Positions 8,769-17,609 of a stretch of 64,000 nucleotides of DNA are shown here, one piece after another (the stretch's first letter is position 1; each line of letters opens with the position of its first letter). Both the position numbers and the translations under genes were made by a program. This DNA comes from Oligoflexales bacterium (GTDB lineage Bacteria > Bdellovibrionota_B > Oligoflexia > Oligoflexales > Bog-1112). The stretch lies in contig JBGCDR010000181.1 of assembly GCA_045105515.1 (NCBI GenBank), positions 4,460 through 68,459 of the forward strand, given 5' to 3'. The notes under the pieces are model-generated. The model worked only from the letters and a program-made list of their open reading frames with translations, was not told the DNA's origin and searched no databases.

Positions 8769-9076
8769 AAACTGATAATTCGATAAATGAATTGCTTAGT
8801 CTCCTTAAAACAGCGATTCCTCTTCAAGTTCCTATATCAAATTCTATATTTATTTCTTGAATGACTTAAGCTGTCAATTTGTTCCTAGTTTAATTTACGG
8901 AATGGTGAAAGAACTTAATCCCCTTCCATTTATTGGCTTGTATCGCCATGAATGTGAGATAACATGAGTATTCCTGTTTTAAGTAAATTTGTGAGCAGCC
9001 TCAAGCAGCCAAGTGATATACTTATTAAATATAGCGATTCTTAGGGATTTTATAGACAAAACAAGTAGGGAAATAG

Positions 9077-9913
9077 ATGTCTAGCAATTACTTTGTTAAG
9101 CTTGAGCAATTTGAGGGGCCCCTCGACTTATTGCTGCATTTGATCCGAATGCATGAGCTAAACATTTTTCAGATTGACTTGTTTATCCTTACTTCTCAAT
9201 ATCTTGATTATCTGCGTCTTATGAAGTTTAGAGACCTTAAAGATGCCGCTGCATTTATGGAAATGGCAGCAAGCCTTATCGAGATTAAATCGAGCCACCT
9301 TTTACCCAATGAGTCCACGAATGAAGGTGAAGAAGGTGACCTAGCTGAAGAAGAGGATCCCGCTACGATTTTACAAAAGCGCTTATTCGAATATGACACC
9401 TTCCGTAAAGCTTCAGAATTTTTGATGGAAAAACCTGTGGGCGGAGGGCTCATTGCTAGCAGTTCGGAGTGGCGTCGTATAGCCCCATTTTATGATCATT
9501 TAGAGTCCCCCTTAAGAGGTGATCCAAGCACCCTATTGGTCCTCTATGAACAAATGCTTAGCTCGCTTGCGGAAAAGCGTCCTGTGACTGTTAAAGCCGT
9601 CACCGAATCGCTCACCGTGGAACACGTTATCTCCAAGCTCAAGGAGTATGTGGAAAAACTTGGATTTATCATGTTTCAAAAGCTCATGCCCAAAATGGAG
9701 TCTCGATACGAGCTAGTTGCAAATATTCTTGCCATTCTGCAGTTGGTGAGAGACAGAGAGCTCAAACTTTACCAAGAAGAAATGCAGGGGCCAATTTGGT
9801 TGTACACCCAGCGCCTTAATGAAAAGGATCTTCCAGATGAGGCGTTTGAAAATTTCTCTGAAATCCCAAAAAAGAAACCTGAAAAATCAGAGCCCGCACC
9901 TAACACCTTATAA
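9077..9913 (+). CDS. scpA: Segregation and condensation protein A
   Basis: The ScpA N-terminal signature is 'LEQFEGPLDLLLHLIRMHELNIFQIDLFILTSQYLDYL'. scpB is directly downstream. Confidence 0.9.
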   Translation: MSSNYFVKLEQFEGPLDLLLHLIRMHELNIFQIDLFILTSQYLDYLRLMKFRDLKDAAAFMEMAASLIEIKSSHLLPNESTNEGEEGDLAEEEDPATILQKRLFEYDTFRKASEFLMEKPVGGGLIASSSEWRRIAPFYDHLESPLRGDPSTLLVLYEQMLSSLAEKRPVTVKAVTESLTVEHVISKLKEYVEKLGFIMFQKLMPKMESRYELVANILAILQLVRDRELKLYQEEMQGPIWLYTQRLNEKDLPDEAFENFSEIPKKKPEKSEPAPNTL

Positions 9914-9932
9914 AACCAAACAAGAGTGAAGT

Positions 9933-10853
9933 ATGACCGGTATATTTGACAAAGAAGCGCCACTAACGCCCAAGCCTACTCCTGCTAAAAATGAGGAACC
10001 CTCTTCTCTGAATCTCGAAGATTCAGAGGAAAGCTATAGCAAAAATGCTGAATTCGAAATTGAATTAGAACCCTTTATAAACCCAACTGATGGCGAGCAG
10101 CCTGCCTCAAGTATCACCGAAATCGCTCCGCAACAGCTTTCTCAAGCTGCTGAAGATCCCACAGAAGACGAGCAACTTGTTTTATTTGAGGATGAATTGA
10201 ATTTGCGCGGAAAGGTAGAGGCTATACTGTTTGCTGCCCCCACTCCACTTAAAGCTTCAGAAATTTTTGAGTTAATTCAGGAAGAAGGAATTAATATCAG
10301 AGACATCCTTGAAGTGACGGAAAGTCTTCAGCGCTTCTACCAAGAGAAGGGAGGTGGATTCAAACTGACCCACCAAAAAGGGAAAGGCTATCAGTTTCAA
10401 ACTGTCACTACTGCATCCTATTTGATGGAACGCCTATTTTCACAAAGACCCAGACCCCTTTCGCGTGCAGCTCACGAGACCCTTGCAATTATTGCCTACA
10501 GGCAACCCGTAACAAGGGCAGATATCGAATTTATCCGTGGTGTGGATGCTGGTAGTATTATTAAAAACCTCCTCGAACGGAACCTAATCCAATGCGTTGG
10601 AAGAAAGGAAGACTCACCAGGGAAGCCAATGGTTTTTGGCACAAGCACAGAGTTCCTCAAAACATACCGTTTGAAGAGTCTTGAAAGCCTTCCTCCACTC
10701 GATTCGTTCCAACCAGCCCAAGACGTTATGGAACAAGCACTCGAAAAAATCGATGCAAAACAGGAGATTGACGTTGAGGCGTTGATTACACAAAAGCCAG
10801 ATGGTATTCATAAGCCCGTCTCATCTTCCGCAAACGAAGAAGTCGAAAAATAA
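9933..10853 (+). CDS. scpB: Segregation and condensation protein B with acidic N- and C-terminal extensions
   Basis: The ScpB core motifs are 'GKVEAILFAAPTPLKASEI' and 'ETLAIIAYRQPVTRADIEFIRGVD'. They are preceded by about 90 aa of acidic low-complexity sequence in the same open frame. Confidence 0.85.
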   Translation: MTGIFDKEAPLTPKPTPAKNEEPSSLNLEDSEESYSKNAEFEIELEPFINPTDGEQPASSITEIAPQQLSQAAEDPTEDEQLVLFEDELNLRGKVEAILFAAPTPLKASEIFELIQEEGINIRDILEVTESLQRFYQEKGGGFKLTHQKGKGYQFQTVTTASYLMERLFSQRPRPLSRAAHETLAIIAYRQPVTRADIEFIRGVDAGSIIKNLLERNLIQCVGRKEDSPGKPMVFGTSTEFLKTYRLKSLESLPPLDSFQPAQDVMEQALEKIDAKQEIDVEALITQKPDGIHKPVSSSANEEVEK

Positions 10854-10922
10854 TAATACTCTTAAGTTTGTTGTCAGCATCAAGTTAACACATGCTTAAT
10901 CCTCCATTAAATAGGACAGAAA

Positions 10923-11669
10923 ATGGACGGTATTCGCATACAAAAATGGATTTCAGAATTAGGTCTAGCATCTCGCAGAGAAGCTGAAAGATGGATCACT
11001 GAAGGTAGGCTAGAAATCAATGAAAAAGTTGCTTCGCTTGGTGATCGCATTAACCCTGTGGGTGACAGAGTTTTTCTAGACGGCAAAAAACTAGTTGCGA
11101 AAACCCCTCCAAAAATTTATTGGATGCTGCACAAACCTAATGAAACATTGACATCAACAGCAAGGGATGGAAATAAAGCAAGAATATTTGATCTCCCTAA
11201 GCTACAAAAACAGTCTTTTCATATCTTCCCCATAGGTCGCTTGGACTTTAAAACCGAGGGCCTACTATTACTCACAAATGACGGAGAATTGTGTCATCGT
11301 CTTTGTCACCCTAAATACAAGCTCCCTCGCTTCTATCAAGTCCTAATCAAAGGCAAAGTAACCAGTGAGCAAATAAAACAAATTCGTAAAGGAATAGAGT
11401 TAGATGATGGCAAAGTAAGATGTGAGATTGTACCAGCTTATGGGGTAAACCTAGGAAAATCAAAGGGGAGTTGGTATTTTGTGACTGTGTACGAAGGTAG
11501 AAACAGACTAGTTCGACGAATATTCGAACATTTTGATCACAAAGTAATTCGACTTGTTCGCTATGGATTCGGTGATTTACGTTTAAGTGCGAGCCTTAAG
11601 CCTGGTGATTACAGACAGTTAAGTTCTCAGGAAATCAAATATCTCAAGGGTTCTGTACAGATCAATTAA
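10923..11669 (+). CDS. rluB: Pseudouridine synthase, RluB/RsuA family
   Basis: S4 domain 'IRIQKWISELGLASRREAERWITEGRLEIN'. Catalytic motif 'FPIGRLDFKTEGLLLLTNDGEL'. Confidence 0.85.
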   Translation: MDGIRIQKWISELGLASRREAERWITEGRLEINEKVASLGDRINPVGDRVFLDGKKLVAKTPPKIYWMLHKPNETLTSTARDGNKARIFDLPKLQKQSFHIFPIGRLDFKTEGLLLLTNDGELCHRLCHPKYKLPRFYQVLIKGKVTSEQIKQIRKGIELDDGKVRCEIVPAYGVNLGKSKGSWYFVTVYEGRNRLVRRIFEHFDHKVIRLVRYGFGDLRLSASLKPGDYRQLSSQEIKYLKGSVQIN

Positions 11670-12053
11670 GGCCCAATCAGGCACAAAATTTTGTTAATTT
11701 TTCTATTCTCACCTTAAAATTCAACTTACTAAAATAACTGAGATAATCATAAATAATTGGGTATTAAGATAGGATCTATAGGTGCACCTATTAAAACATA
11801 TTGAAAAAAATCAAAAAATCGGTTAGATTTGCCGCAAAAATGAGGAGTAGGTTTTTTCTCACGAATCCAAATTTGGACTACTGCTAAGAATCCAAGATCT
11901 AATCTCATTTTTTAAGAAGTAGTTGCTAAACAAGATCGAATCGCCTGAGTGAAAATTCCATATCCTTCTTGTTGAACAAATTATCAAATTTATTTTGACT
12001 AATATTGGTCTTCGTGACTATCGAAAACATATTTCAAAAAAGGACTTTAACCT

Positions 12054-13592
12054 ATGAGTTCAAGTAACGCGAGTACTGCAGAGTTCAGTAAATTAAGACA
12101 GATTCTGTGGCCTATCCATGGATTCGAAATGAAAAAATTTCTACCCATGTTCATCATGTTTGGGTGTGTGAGCTTAAACTACAGTTTATTGAGACTAACC
12201 AAAGATACCTTAGTTATTAACGCAGCATCTTCTGGAGCTGCTGTTCTTCCATACTTGAAGCTTTGGTGCACAACACCTGCAGCTATTCTATTTATGATGT
12301 TTTACATCAAACTCGCATCTATGCTAAGCCGTAAAAACTTATTCTATGCAGCAATGCTTCCATTCCTGCTATTTTTTCTAGTATTTCCATATCTATTATT
12401 TCCCAATATCGATGTACTTCACCCAACAAGCTCCGCTGACGCTCTATTATCTTTCTTACCAGCAGGCCTACATGGACTCGTGGAAGTTTACCGTAACTGG
12501 ACCTTCTCACTTTTCTACGTAATGGCAGAATTGTGGGGAAGTATCTGCTTATCTACCCTCTTTTGGGGATGCGCAAACGAAGTTACCAAAGTAAGTGAAG
12601 CTAAGCGATTCTATGGCTTCCTTGGAATTGGGGCTAATATCCCACTTCTTTTTGTTGGTAGCACCGTTAAGGAGATCCTAAGTTTAAACGACTGGGGCGC
12701 TTCAATTAGAGTATTAATGGGAATTTGCTTCGTGGTTGCTGTTTGTGTAATGGCCTTATACTGGTACCTCAATAACGTGGTTATGGAAGATCCTAGATTT
12801 AAAATCACTGAAGTTAAGAAGAAAAAGAAAAAAGTAAAAATGGGCTTTGCACAAAGCTTAAAAGTTCTTAGCACCTCAAAGTACCTTGCTTGTTTAGCGT
12901 TTATGGTACTCGCATATGGTATCTCCGTAAACCTTGTCGAAGTCTCTTGGAAACAATATGTCAAAGAACTATTCAAAGGTGACAATGCTGGCTATCTCCA
13001 GTTCACCAGTAACTGGATGTCTTACACTGGCCTTGCTAGTATCATTTTTATGTTATTTGGCACCAGCAACAGTTTACGAATCCTAGGCTGGGGAAAAACT
13101 GCACTCATCACTCCCGTCGTCTTGTTCGTCGCATCAGCAGCTTTCTTCGGCAACCTGATGTTTGAAGATGTCATGATGGGCATCATGGGCACTCTTAGCA
13201 TGTCTCCTTTGTTTATCGCTTGTTGGATTGGTGGCTTCCATAATACCTTCGGGAAAAGCTCCAAGTACTCTTTCTTTGACCCCACCAAAGAAATTGCATA
13301 CATTCCGCTTGACGAACACACTAAAAAAACTGGTAAAGCAGCTATCGACGGTGTAGGTGGTCGCCTTGGAAAGTCTGGCGGTGCTGCTATCAACATGATT
13401 TTGATCGGATTACTAGGTTCAGTTGAAGCAATCACAAGCTACGTTGGCGTGTTTACGCTGATTACTATTGGCTTTTGGATTGTAGCTGCGAATGCTCTTA
13501 ACAAGCAGTTTATTGCTCTTACTGAAAAACCAGAAACAACAGAGGCGAACGAGTCTGAAAAATCCTCTGACGCAGTTCCTGCTAAGGCTTAA
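12054..13592 (+). CDS. tlc: ATP/ADP translocase / nucleotide transporter (NTT, TLC family)
   Basis: 512 aa and collinear with my memory of Rickettsia/Chlamydia Tlc. Matching segments are 'LRQILWPIHGFEMKKFLPM', 'NYSLLRLTKDTLV', 'MAELWGS...LFWGCANEVTKVSEAKRFYGF', 'SKYSFFDPTKEIAYIPLDEHTKKTGKAAIDGVGGRLGKSGGA'. About 12 hydrophobic segments. Confidence 0.9.
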   Translation: MSSSNASTAEFSKLRQILWPIHGFEMKKFLPMFIMFGCVSLNYSLLRLTKDTLVINAASSGAAVLPYLKLWCTTPAAILFMMFYIKLASMLSRKNLFYAAMLPFLLFFLVFPYLLFPNIDVLHPTSSADALLSFLPAGLHGLVEVYRNWTFSLFYVMAELWGSICLSTLFWGCANEVTKVSEAKRFYGFLGIGANIPLLFVGSTVKEILSLNDWGASIRVLMGICFVVAVCVMALYWYLNNVVMEDPRFKITEVKKKKKKVKMGFAQSLKVLSTSKYLACLAFMVLAYGISVNLVEVSWKQYVKELFKGDNAGYLQFTSNWMSYTGLASIIFMLFGTSNSLRILGWGKTALITPVVLFVASAAFFGNLMFEDVMMGIMGTLSMSPLFIACWIGGFHNTFGKSSKYSFFDPTKEIAYIPLDEHTKKTGKAAIDGVGGRLGKSGGAAINMILIGLLGSVEAITSYVGVFTLITIGFWIVAANALNKQFIALTEKPETTEANESEKSSDAVPAKA

Positions 13593-13624
13593 GAAGAGCC
13601 CTCATTTCTCAAATCAAAAATGTC

Positions 13625-13653
13625 ATCGCCCCTACCTAGTAGGGTTAGGCGAT
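13625..13653. terminator. Interrupted hairpin between convergent tlc and R3H genes (possible bidirectional terminator)
   Basis: atcgcc-cctac / cta / gtagg-(gtta)-ggcgat gives 11 bp in two blocks. There is no clean U-tract on either side. Confidence 0.3.
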
Positions 13654-13736
13654 CTCCTTCAAGATTACCTAAGCACGGATGCTACGCACCCGCTTGGTAA
13701 TGACATGATAAGACCATGATCAAGGTATTGGTCAAT

Positions 13737-14753
13737 TCAATTCTTTTTACGGGAAATTTGAACTCCACGGTCAGAACCTTCACCGACCGAAGAAGACTCA
13801 TAACCAGCATCCACAATCAACTGGTGCTGCAACCTACGTAAATAACTATTTCTAGGCTTAAGGCGAAGTTCACCAAGATTTTCATCTTTCTCAAACTTTT
13901 CAATAGCTGTCTTTGCTTCAGCTACAGCTTCCTCTTCTTTTTCAGCAGATGAGCCCTTAGCTCCCGGTTTTTGATCCTTAAATCCTGGTTTTGAACCACT
14001 TTTTTCAGACCCGTTAAAACTTTTGGAATCTCTCCTGCCTTCATTAGACCTATTGGCAGCTTCGCTTTTCTGACCCTTCATACGTGCTGCTTTTTGCAAC
14101 ATGATGGTAAAACGTCCCACTGGAGGCAAGCTTGCTAGATCATACTCAACACCTTTAGCCCTCTTGTAAATCCATTCAAGGTAGGACAAGACAAAATGAC
14201 CATATTGCTCAAAACTTTGTTTTAAAGCATCATCAATACTTTGCCAAACAGCCTTCTCTTCTTCGCTCTGATCTGCTTTTTGACGATCATGAGGTTTTTT
14301 GCCGGTCTTCGCATTGACAAGAGCTTCAAAATCCTGAGTAAGAAGCACAAATTGGTTCATGGTGTTACCATGAACCTCGTAGTCAAGCGGTTGCTTGCTG
14401 GACAAAAGAGGATACTTCTCTTGATACCATACACAAAGACGCCTGATTAGGTTTACTAAGTCCCCATCGACCACCTCTTGAGAAGAAGGTTTTTCAGCGC
14501 CTTCTTCCAAGAAAGCCAAACTTTCGAAATAAGGCCTAACTAAGGGCCATCTCTTTTCATTGATTTGTTCTTGAAACTGAGCTGGCAAAGACTTAAGGGT
14601 TCGGTCTTCTTCTAAGCAGGTAAAAAGAAAGTAATCAAGTGAAATCTCTTGACCAAGAGATTTCCTATAAATTTCAGTTAGACTAGGCTTTTCTTCTGGA
14701 AGATCAACTACTTCTTCTAAACCAAAACTGTCATCAACAGCACTTCTTGTCAT
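13737..14753 (-). CDS. R3H-domain (single-stranded nucleic-acid binding) protein with unknown N-terminal domain
   Basis: The C-terminal 'LRLKPRNSYLRRLQHQLIVDAGYESSSVGEGSDRGVQI' fits the R3H consensus (P..s..RR.iH.........S.S.GeG..R.v.I). A Ser/Lys/Gly-rich linker precedes it. Confidence 0.6.
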   Translation of the reverse strand: MTRSAVDDSFGLEEVVDLPEEKPSLTEIYRKSLGQEISLDYFLFTCLEEDRTLKSLPAQFQEQINEKRWPLVRPYFESLAFLEEGAEKPSSQEVVDGDLVNLIRRLCVWYQEKYPLLSSKQPLDYEVHGNTMNQFVLLTQDFEALVNAKTGKKPHDRQKADQSEEEKAVWQSIDDALKQSFEQYGHFVLSYLEWIYKRAKGVEYDLASLPPVGRFTIMLQKAARMKGQKSEAANRSNEGRRDSKSFNGSEKSGSKPGFKDQKPGAKGSSAEKEEEAVAEAKTAIEKFEKDENLGELRLKPRNSYLRRLQHQLIVDAGYESSSVGEGSDRGVQISRKKN

Positions 14754-14886
14754 ATCGTTCCTATCTTCTTGATGGTAGTTCCCCTATTAGTTTGCCAGTT
14801 CTTAAGGCGCAGTTTTTGACACAAGGAAGGCATGAGCAGCGACTAGAGATTACTCATTGTAGAACAGCCCCAGGGGTATGCTGTTT

Positions 14887-15192
14887 TTAACAGTTAGTTT
14901 GCTCTTGTGCAATATAGGTCAAGTATCCACCTTGCAGAAAAAATACATCTTGGTCAGTCCAATTAGAGGCAATTTCCGCTGCCTGCATACTACGCATACC
15001 GGATCTGCAGTAGAAAATTGTTGGCTTGTTCTTAGGCATTGCATTTTTTCTAATACCAAAAGTCGAAAGCGGCCAATGCTCACCACCTTGGATGGTGCCG
15101 CCCTCTAATTCTTCGGGCTCTCTTACATCAACAAGCAAGGCTCCGTTACTCATCAGCTTCGAGAGCTGATTGAATGAAATATCTTTACTCAT
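14887..15192 (-). CDS. Single-domain rhodanese (sulfurtransferase)
   Basis: The active-site loop is 'YCRSGMRSMQAA'. I set the start at ATG 15192 (GGGAGAG RBS) rather than the track's TTG at 15207. Confidence 0.85.
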   Translation of the reverse strand: MSKDISFNQLSKLMSNGALLVDVREPEELEGGTIQGGEHWPLSTFGIRKNAMPKNKPTIFYCRSGMRSMQAAEIASNWTDQDVFFLQGGYLTYIAQEQTNC

Positions 15193-15357
15193 AGACAACT
15201 CTCCCAAAATGTGTCGACCATTTTTTGTGAGTTTTTATTATACCTAATTTTATATTGTCACATGCACCTGAGTCTATTTTCAAATAAAAAAAATAGACCG
15301 TGCAATTTTATCAGATATTAAGGCACTTTAACTTGGTAAAAAAGGGCAAGATTTGGA

Positions 15358-15435
15358 TGGCGTCCCCAGGGGGATTTGAACCCCCGTCGCCGCCGTGAAA
15401 GGGCGGTGTCCTGGGCCAGGCTAGACGATAGGGAC
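15358..15435 (-). tRNA. tRNA-Glu (anticodon UUC), CCA encoded
   Basis: The reverse complement is GTCCCTATCGTCTAGCCTGGCCCAGGACACCGCCCTTTCACGGCGGCGACGGGGGTTCAAATCCCCCTGGGGACGCCA. It has a 7-bp acceptor stem (one G-U pair), the anticodon loop CTTTCAC, and a T-loop GGTTCAAATCC. The layout matches E. coli tRNA-Glu. Confidence 0.9.
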
Positions 15436-15447
15436 CTGGTAATCTCG

Positions 15448-15523
15448 TGGTGAGCCCACCTGGATTCGAACCAGGGACCCGCACATTAAAAGTGTGCTGC
15501 TCTGCCAGCTGAGCTATGAGCCC
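15448..15523 (-). tRNA. tRNA-Lys (anticodon UUU), CCA encoded
   Basis: The reverse complement is GGGCTCATAGCTCAGCTGGCAGAGCAGCACACTTTTAATGTGCGGGTCCCTGGTTCGAATCCAGGTGGGCTCACCA (76 nt). The anticodon stem is GCACA/TGTGC, the loop is CTTTTAA, and the T-loop is GGTTCGAATCC. Confidence 0.9.
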
Positions 15524-15544
15524 GTACCACTCGAGATGAAAGAG

Positions 15545-15573
15545 TTTGTACTGGTACTACGTTCGTATGTCAA
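15545..15573 (-). promoter_or_regulatory. Sigma70-type promoter candidate for the tRNA-Lys/tRNA-Glu pair
   Basis: The minus strand reads TTGACA-17 nt-TACAAA and ends about 20 nt upstream of the tRNA-Lys 5' end. Confidence 0.35.
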
Positions 15574-15799
15574 CGAAATATTTTCACCTCATCCGGCAAG
15601 GTGTCATTTTTCAATAAAAAGAAACTCTCCCTTTAAATCCTATTGGCCAGAGTGTATCTTAGAGCAGAAATTTCTCAGAAGATCCTATAGGATACGCTTA
15701 TGCCAATTGCAATTTTATCCTCCCTACCATAAACTTCGCCTGCTCCTAGACAATTCAGGGAGGCTTTTTTAAATAGGTTCTATCATTAAGGGCAAATTA

Positions 15800-16129
15800 A
15801 TGACCGTCGTAATTAAGAAATCCAAAAAATCTTCAACTGCTGATCTACGCTCTGCCATGACAAAGCTGATATATTTGTTAGAGGGACAAAAAGAGGACGA
15901 GGCTGTTGCAGATCTGCGTATTGCCCTATCGGATATAGAAAAGTACCAAGTAGAATCAGCAGAGTTCCAGGCGGGCTTAAAACTAATCATCGAAGCTTTC
16001 GAGGGTGAACACGAGTTAAATGCTTATACCTACAAGCGCGATAAAGAAGACCAATGGACAGAGGTGGAAGAACTATACTTGGCTAGCACCAGCGTTCTCA
16101 ACCTTGTTAGAAGGCTGTTTAAACAATAG
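15800..16129 (+). CDS. Hypothetical small acidic protein
   Basis: 109-aa ORF with an AAGGG RBS, 12 nt upstream of cls. No motif recognised. Confidence 0.5.
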   Translation: MTVVIKKSKKSSTADLRSAMTKLIYLLEGQKEDEAVADLRIALSDIEKYQVESAEFQAGLKLIIEAFEGEHELNAYTYKRDKEDQWTEVEELYLASTSVLNLVRRLFKQ

Positions 16130-16141
16130 GTCAACACTATA

Positions 16142-17578
16142 GTGCAGGCTGACCCAGCAATCATTGCCATTAGCTTTTTGTTGTACTGCTTAGCCTTTTA
16201 CAACTGTTATCGTGTACTTGGTGCACGTCATTCTCCTGCAGCAAGCATTTCTTGGATTTGGGCAAACCTAACACTACCAATCATTGGCGTTCCCGCCTAT
16301 TGGCTATTTGGCATGGGTAGGCTAAAAAATTATCCAGGCTACCCCGAGCCACAGTTAGATAAACCCTCTTCACCAGAACTGAGCAACAACAACTCTGCTA
16401 TAACTGATTTTTCTAGGATTTTTTCCAAGTTTGGCAATATCTTTGTTCCTTTTTCCAGCGAAGTCTGCCTTTTAAAAGATGGAACCTCAACATTTTCAGC
16501 CATCTTTGAGGCCATTAATACCGGAAAGTCATATATTTTAGTTCAGTATTACATATTGAGGTCTGACCGGTTAGGCTTGGAATTAAAGGAGTTATTAATT
16601 AGCAAGGCAAAAGAGGGACTACAGGTATTCCTCCTTTATGACGACATGGGCTCTTTTTGGCTTTCTAAGCAGTATATTAGAGACCTAAGGTTAGCAGGCG
16701 TACATACCGCGACTTTTTTGCCCGTCTTTAGTTTAAAACGGTTTTATTTAATGAATTACCGCAACCACCGCAAACTCGTAGTGGTAGACGGACGAATAGC
16801 TTTTACAGGCGGGCTTAATGTCGGTGAAGAATATGCTGCCTCACGCTTCGGGAGGCATAGATACTGGCGGGACACCCATATGTCCATTACAGGCAAAAGC
16901 GTTAGACAACTTGAAGCCATCTTCGTTGGTGATTGGGAATTCTCAACTGGGAAAAAGATACTTGATAAGCTTGTAAAACCAAGAACTGGAAAAGCAACTA
17001 ACAAACATCCCACCTCAATTTCTAGCTTTGAACAAAGCATCCTAGTAGTTCCCTCTGGGCCTTACGATCAAACGAATATAGGTATGCTTCTTTTCATGCA
17101 AATCATCCATGGTGCAAAGAAAAAGCTCTGGGTTTCGACCCCATACTTTGTCCCTGATGAAGCACTACAAAAAGGCCTAGAATTAGCTGTACTTAAAGGG
17201 ATAGATGTAAAAATTCTTCTCCCAAAGCATTCTGAACAATTGCTCGTTCATTGGGTTACATTATCTTATGCCGAGCAGATGCAAAGAGCAGGAGTACAAG
17301 TTTATCTTTACGAAAAGGGATTTATCCATCAAAAGGTAATCTTGATTGATGAGGATGTTGCCTTTGTTGGTACAAGCAACTTCGACAACAGAACCTTATA
17401 TTTGAACTGCGAGTTGATGCTAGGTGTTTTTGGCGAAGATTTCAATAAGCAAATCAAGTCGATGCTTAATGATGACTTTAAGAGTGCCAAGGTTTTTACA
17501 CCAAAGAAAGACAGATTGATACGAAAGCTCATTCGCCTACGAGCAAACGGAGCCCGTTTATTGGCTCCACTACTATAA
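16142..17578 (+). CDS. cls: Cardiolipin synthase (PLD superfamily)
   Basis: Two HKD motifs, 'HRKLVVVDGRIAFTGGLNVGEEY' and 'HQKVILIDEDVAFVGTSNFDNRT'. The N-terminal transmembrane pair is typical of Cls. GTG start. Confidence 0.9.
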   Translation: MQADPAIIAISFLLYCLAFYNCYRVLGARHSPAASISWIWANLTLPIIGVPAYWLFGMGRLKNYPGYPEPQLDKPSSPELSNNNSAITDFSRIFSKFGNIFVPFSSEVCLLKDGTSTFSAIFEAINTGKSYILVQYYILRSDRLGLELKELLISKAKEGLQVFLLYDDMGSFWLSKQYIRDLRLAGVHTATFLPVFSLKRFYLMNYRNHRKLVVVDGRIAFTGGLNVGEEYAASRFGRHRYWRDTHMSITGKSVRQLEAIFVGDWEFSTGKKILDKLVKPRTGKATNKHPTSISSFEQSILVVPSGPYDQTNIGMLLFMQIIHGAKKKLWVSTPYFVPDEALQKGLELAVLKGIDVKILLPKHSEQLLVHWVTLSYAEQMQRAGVQVYLYEKGFIHQKVILIDEDVAFVGTSNFDNRTLYLNCELMLGVFGEDFNKQIKSMLNDDFKSAKVFTPKKDRLIRKLIRLRANGARLLAPLL

Positions 17579-17609
17579 ATCTCATCCATATTTGCATGAG
17601 GATTTTCAC

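Noticed and set aside
12319-13435. Minus-strand ORFs (12319-12510, 12611-12985, 13022-13435, 13134-13319) inside the NTT gene
   Set aside because: They lie antisense to a full-length, motif-rich transporter gene. Their sequences are low-complexity mirror translations.
14815-14848. 'ggaaggcatgagcagc' resembling the SRP-RNA GGAAGGAAGCAGC core
   Set aside because: The flanking helix-8 sequence and the tetraloop context are absent. No tmRNA, RNase P or SRP RNA signature was found anywhere in the window.
15272-15298. 9-bp AT-rich hairpin (gtctatttt/aaaatagac) downstream of the tRNA pair, as a terminator
   Set aside because: The stem is entirely A/T apart from two pairs, and no U-tract follows on the transcribed strand. 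It is not a convincing intrinsic terminator.
15524-15544. 'ctcgagatgaaagag' next to the tRNA-Lys 5' end, as another copy of the repeat family
   Set aside because: Only the 9-nt core matches, and the flanking sequence does not align. It is probably part of the tRNA leader.
15494-15772. 92-aa plus-strand ORF
   Set aside because: Its first 30 nt lie on the antisense strand of the tRNA-Lys gene. The remainder covers the tRNA promoter region.
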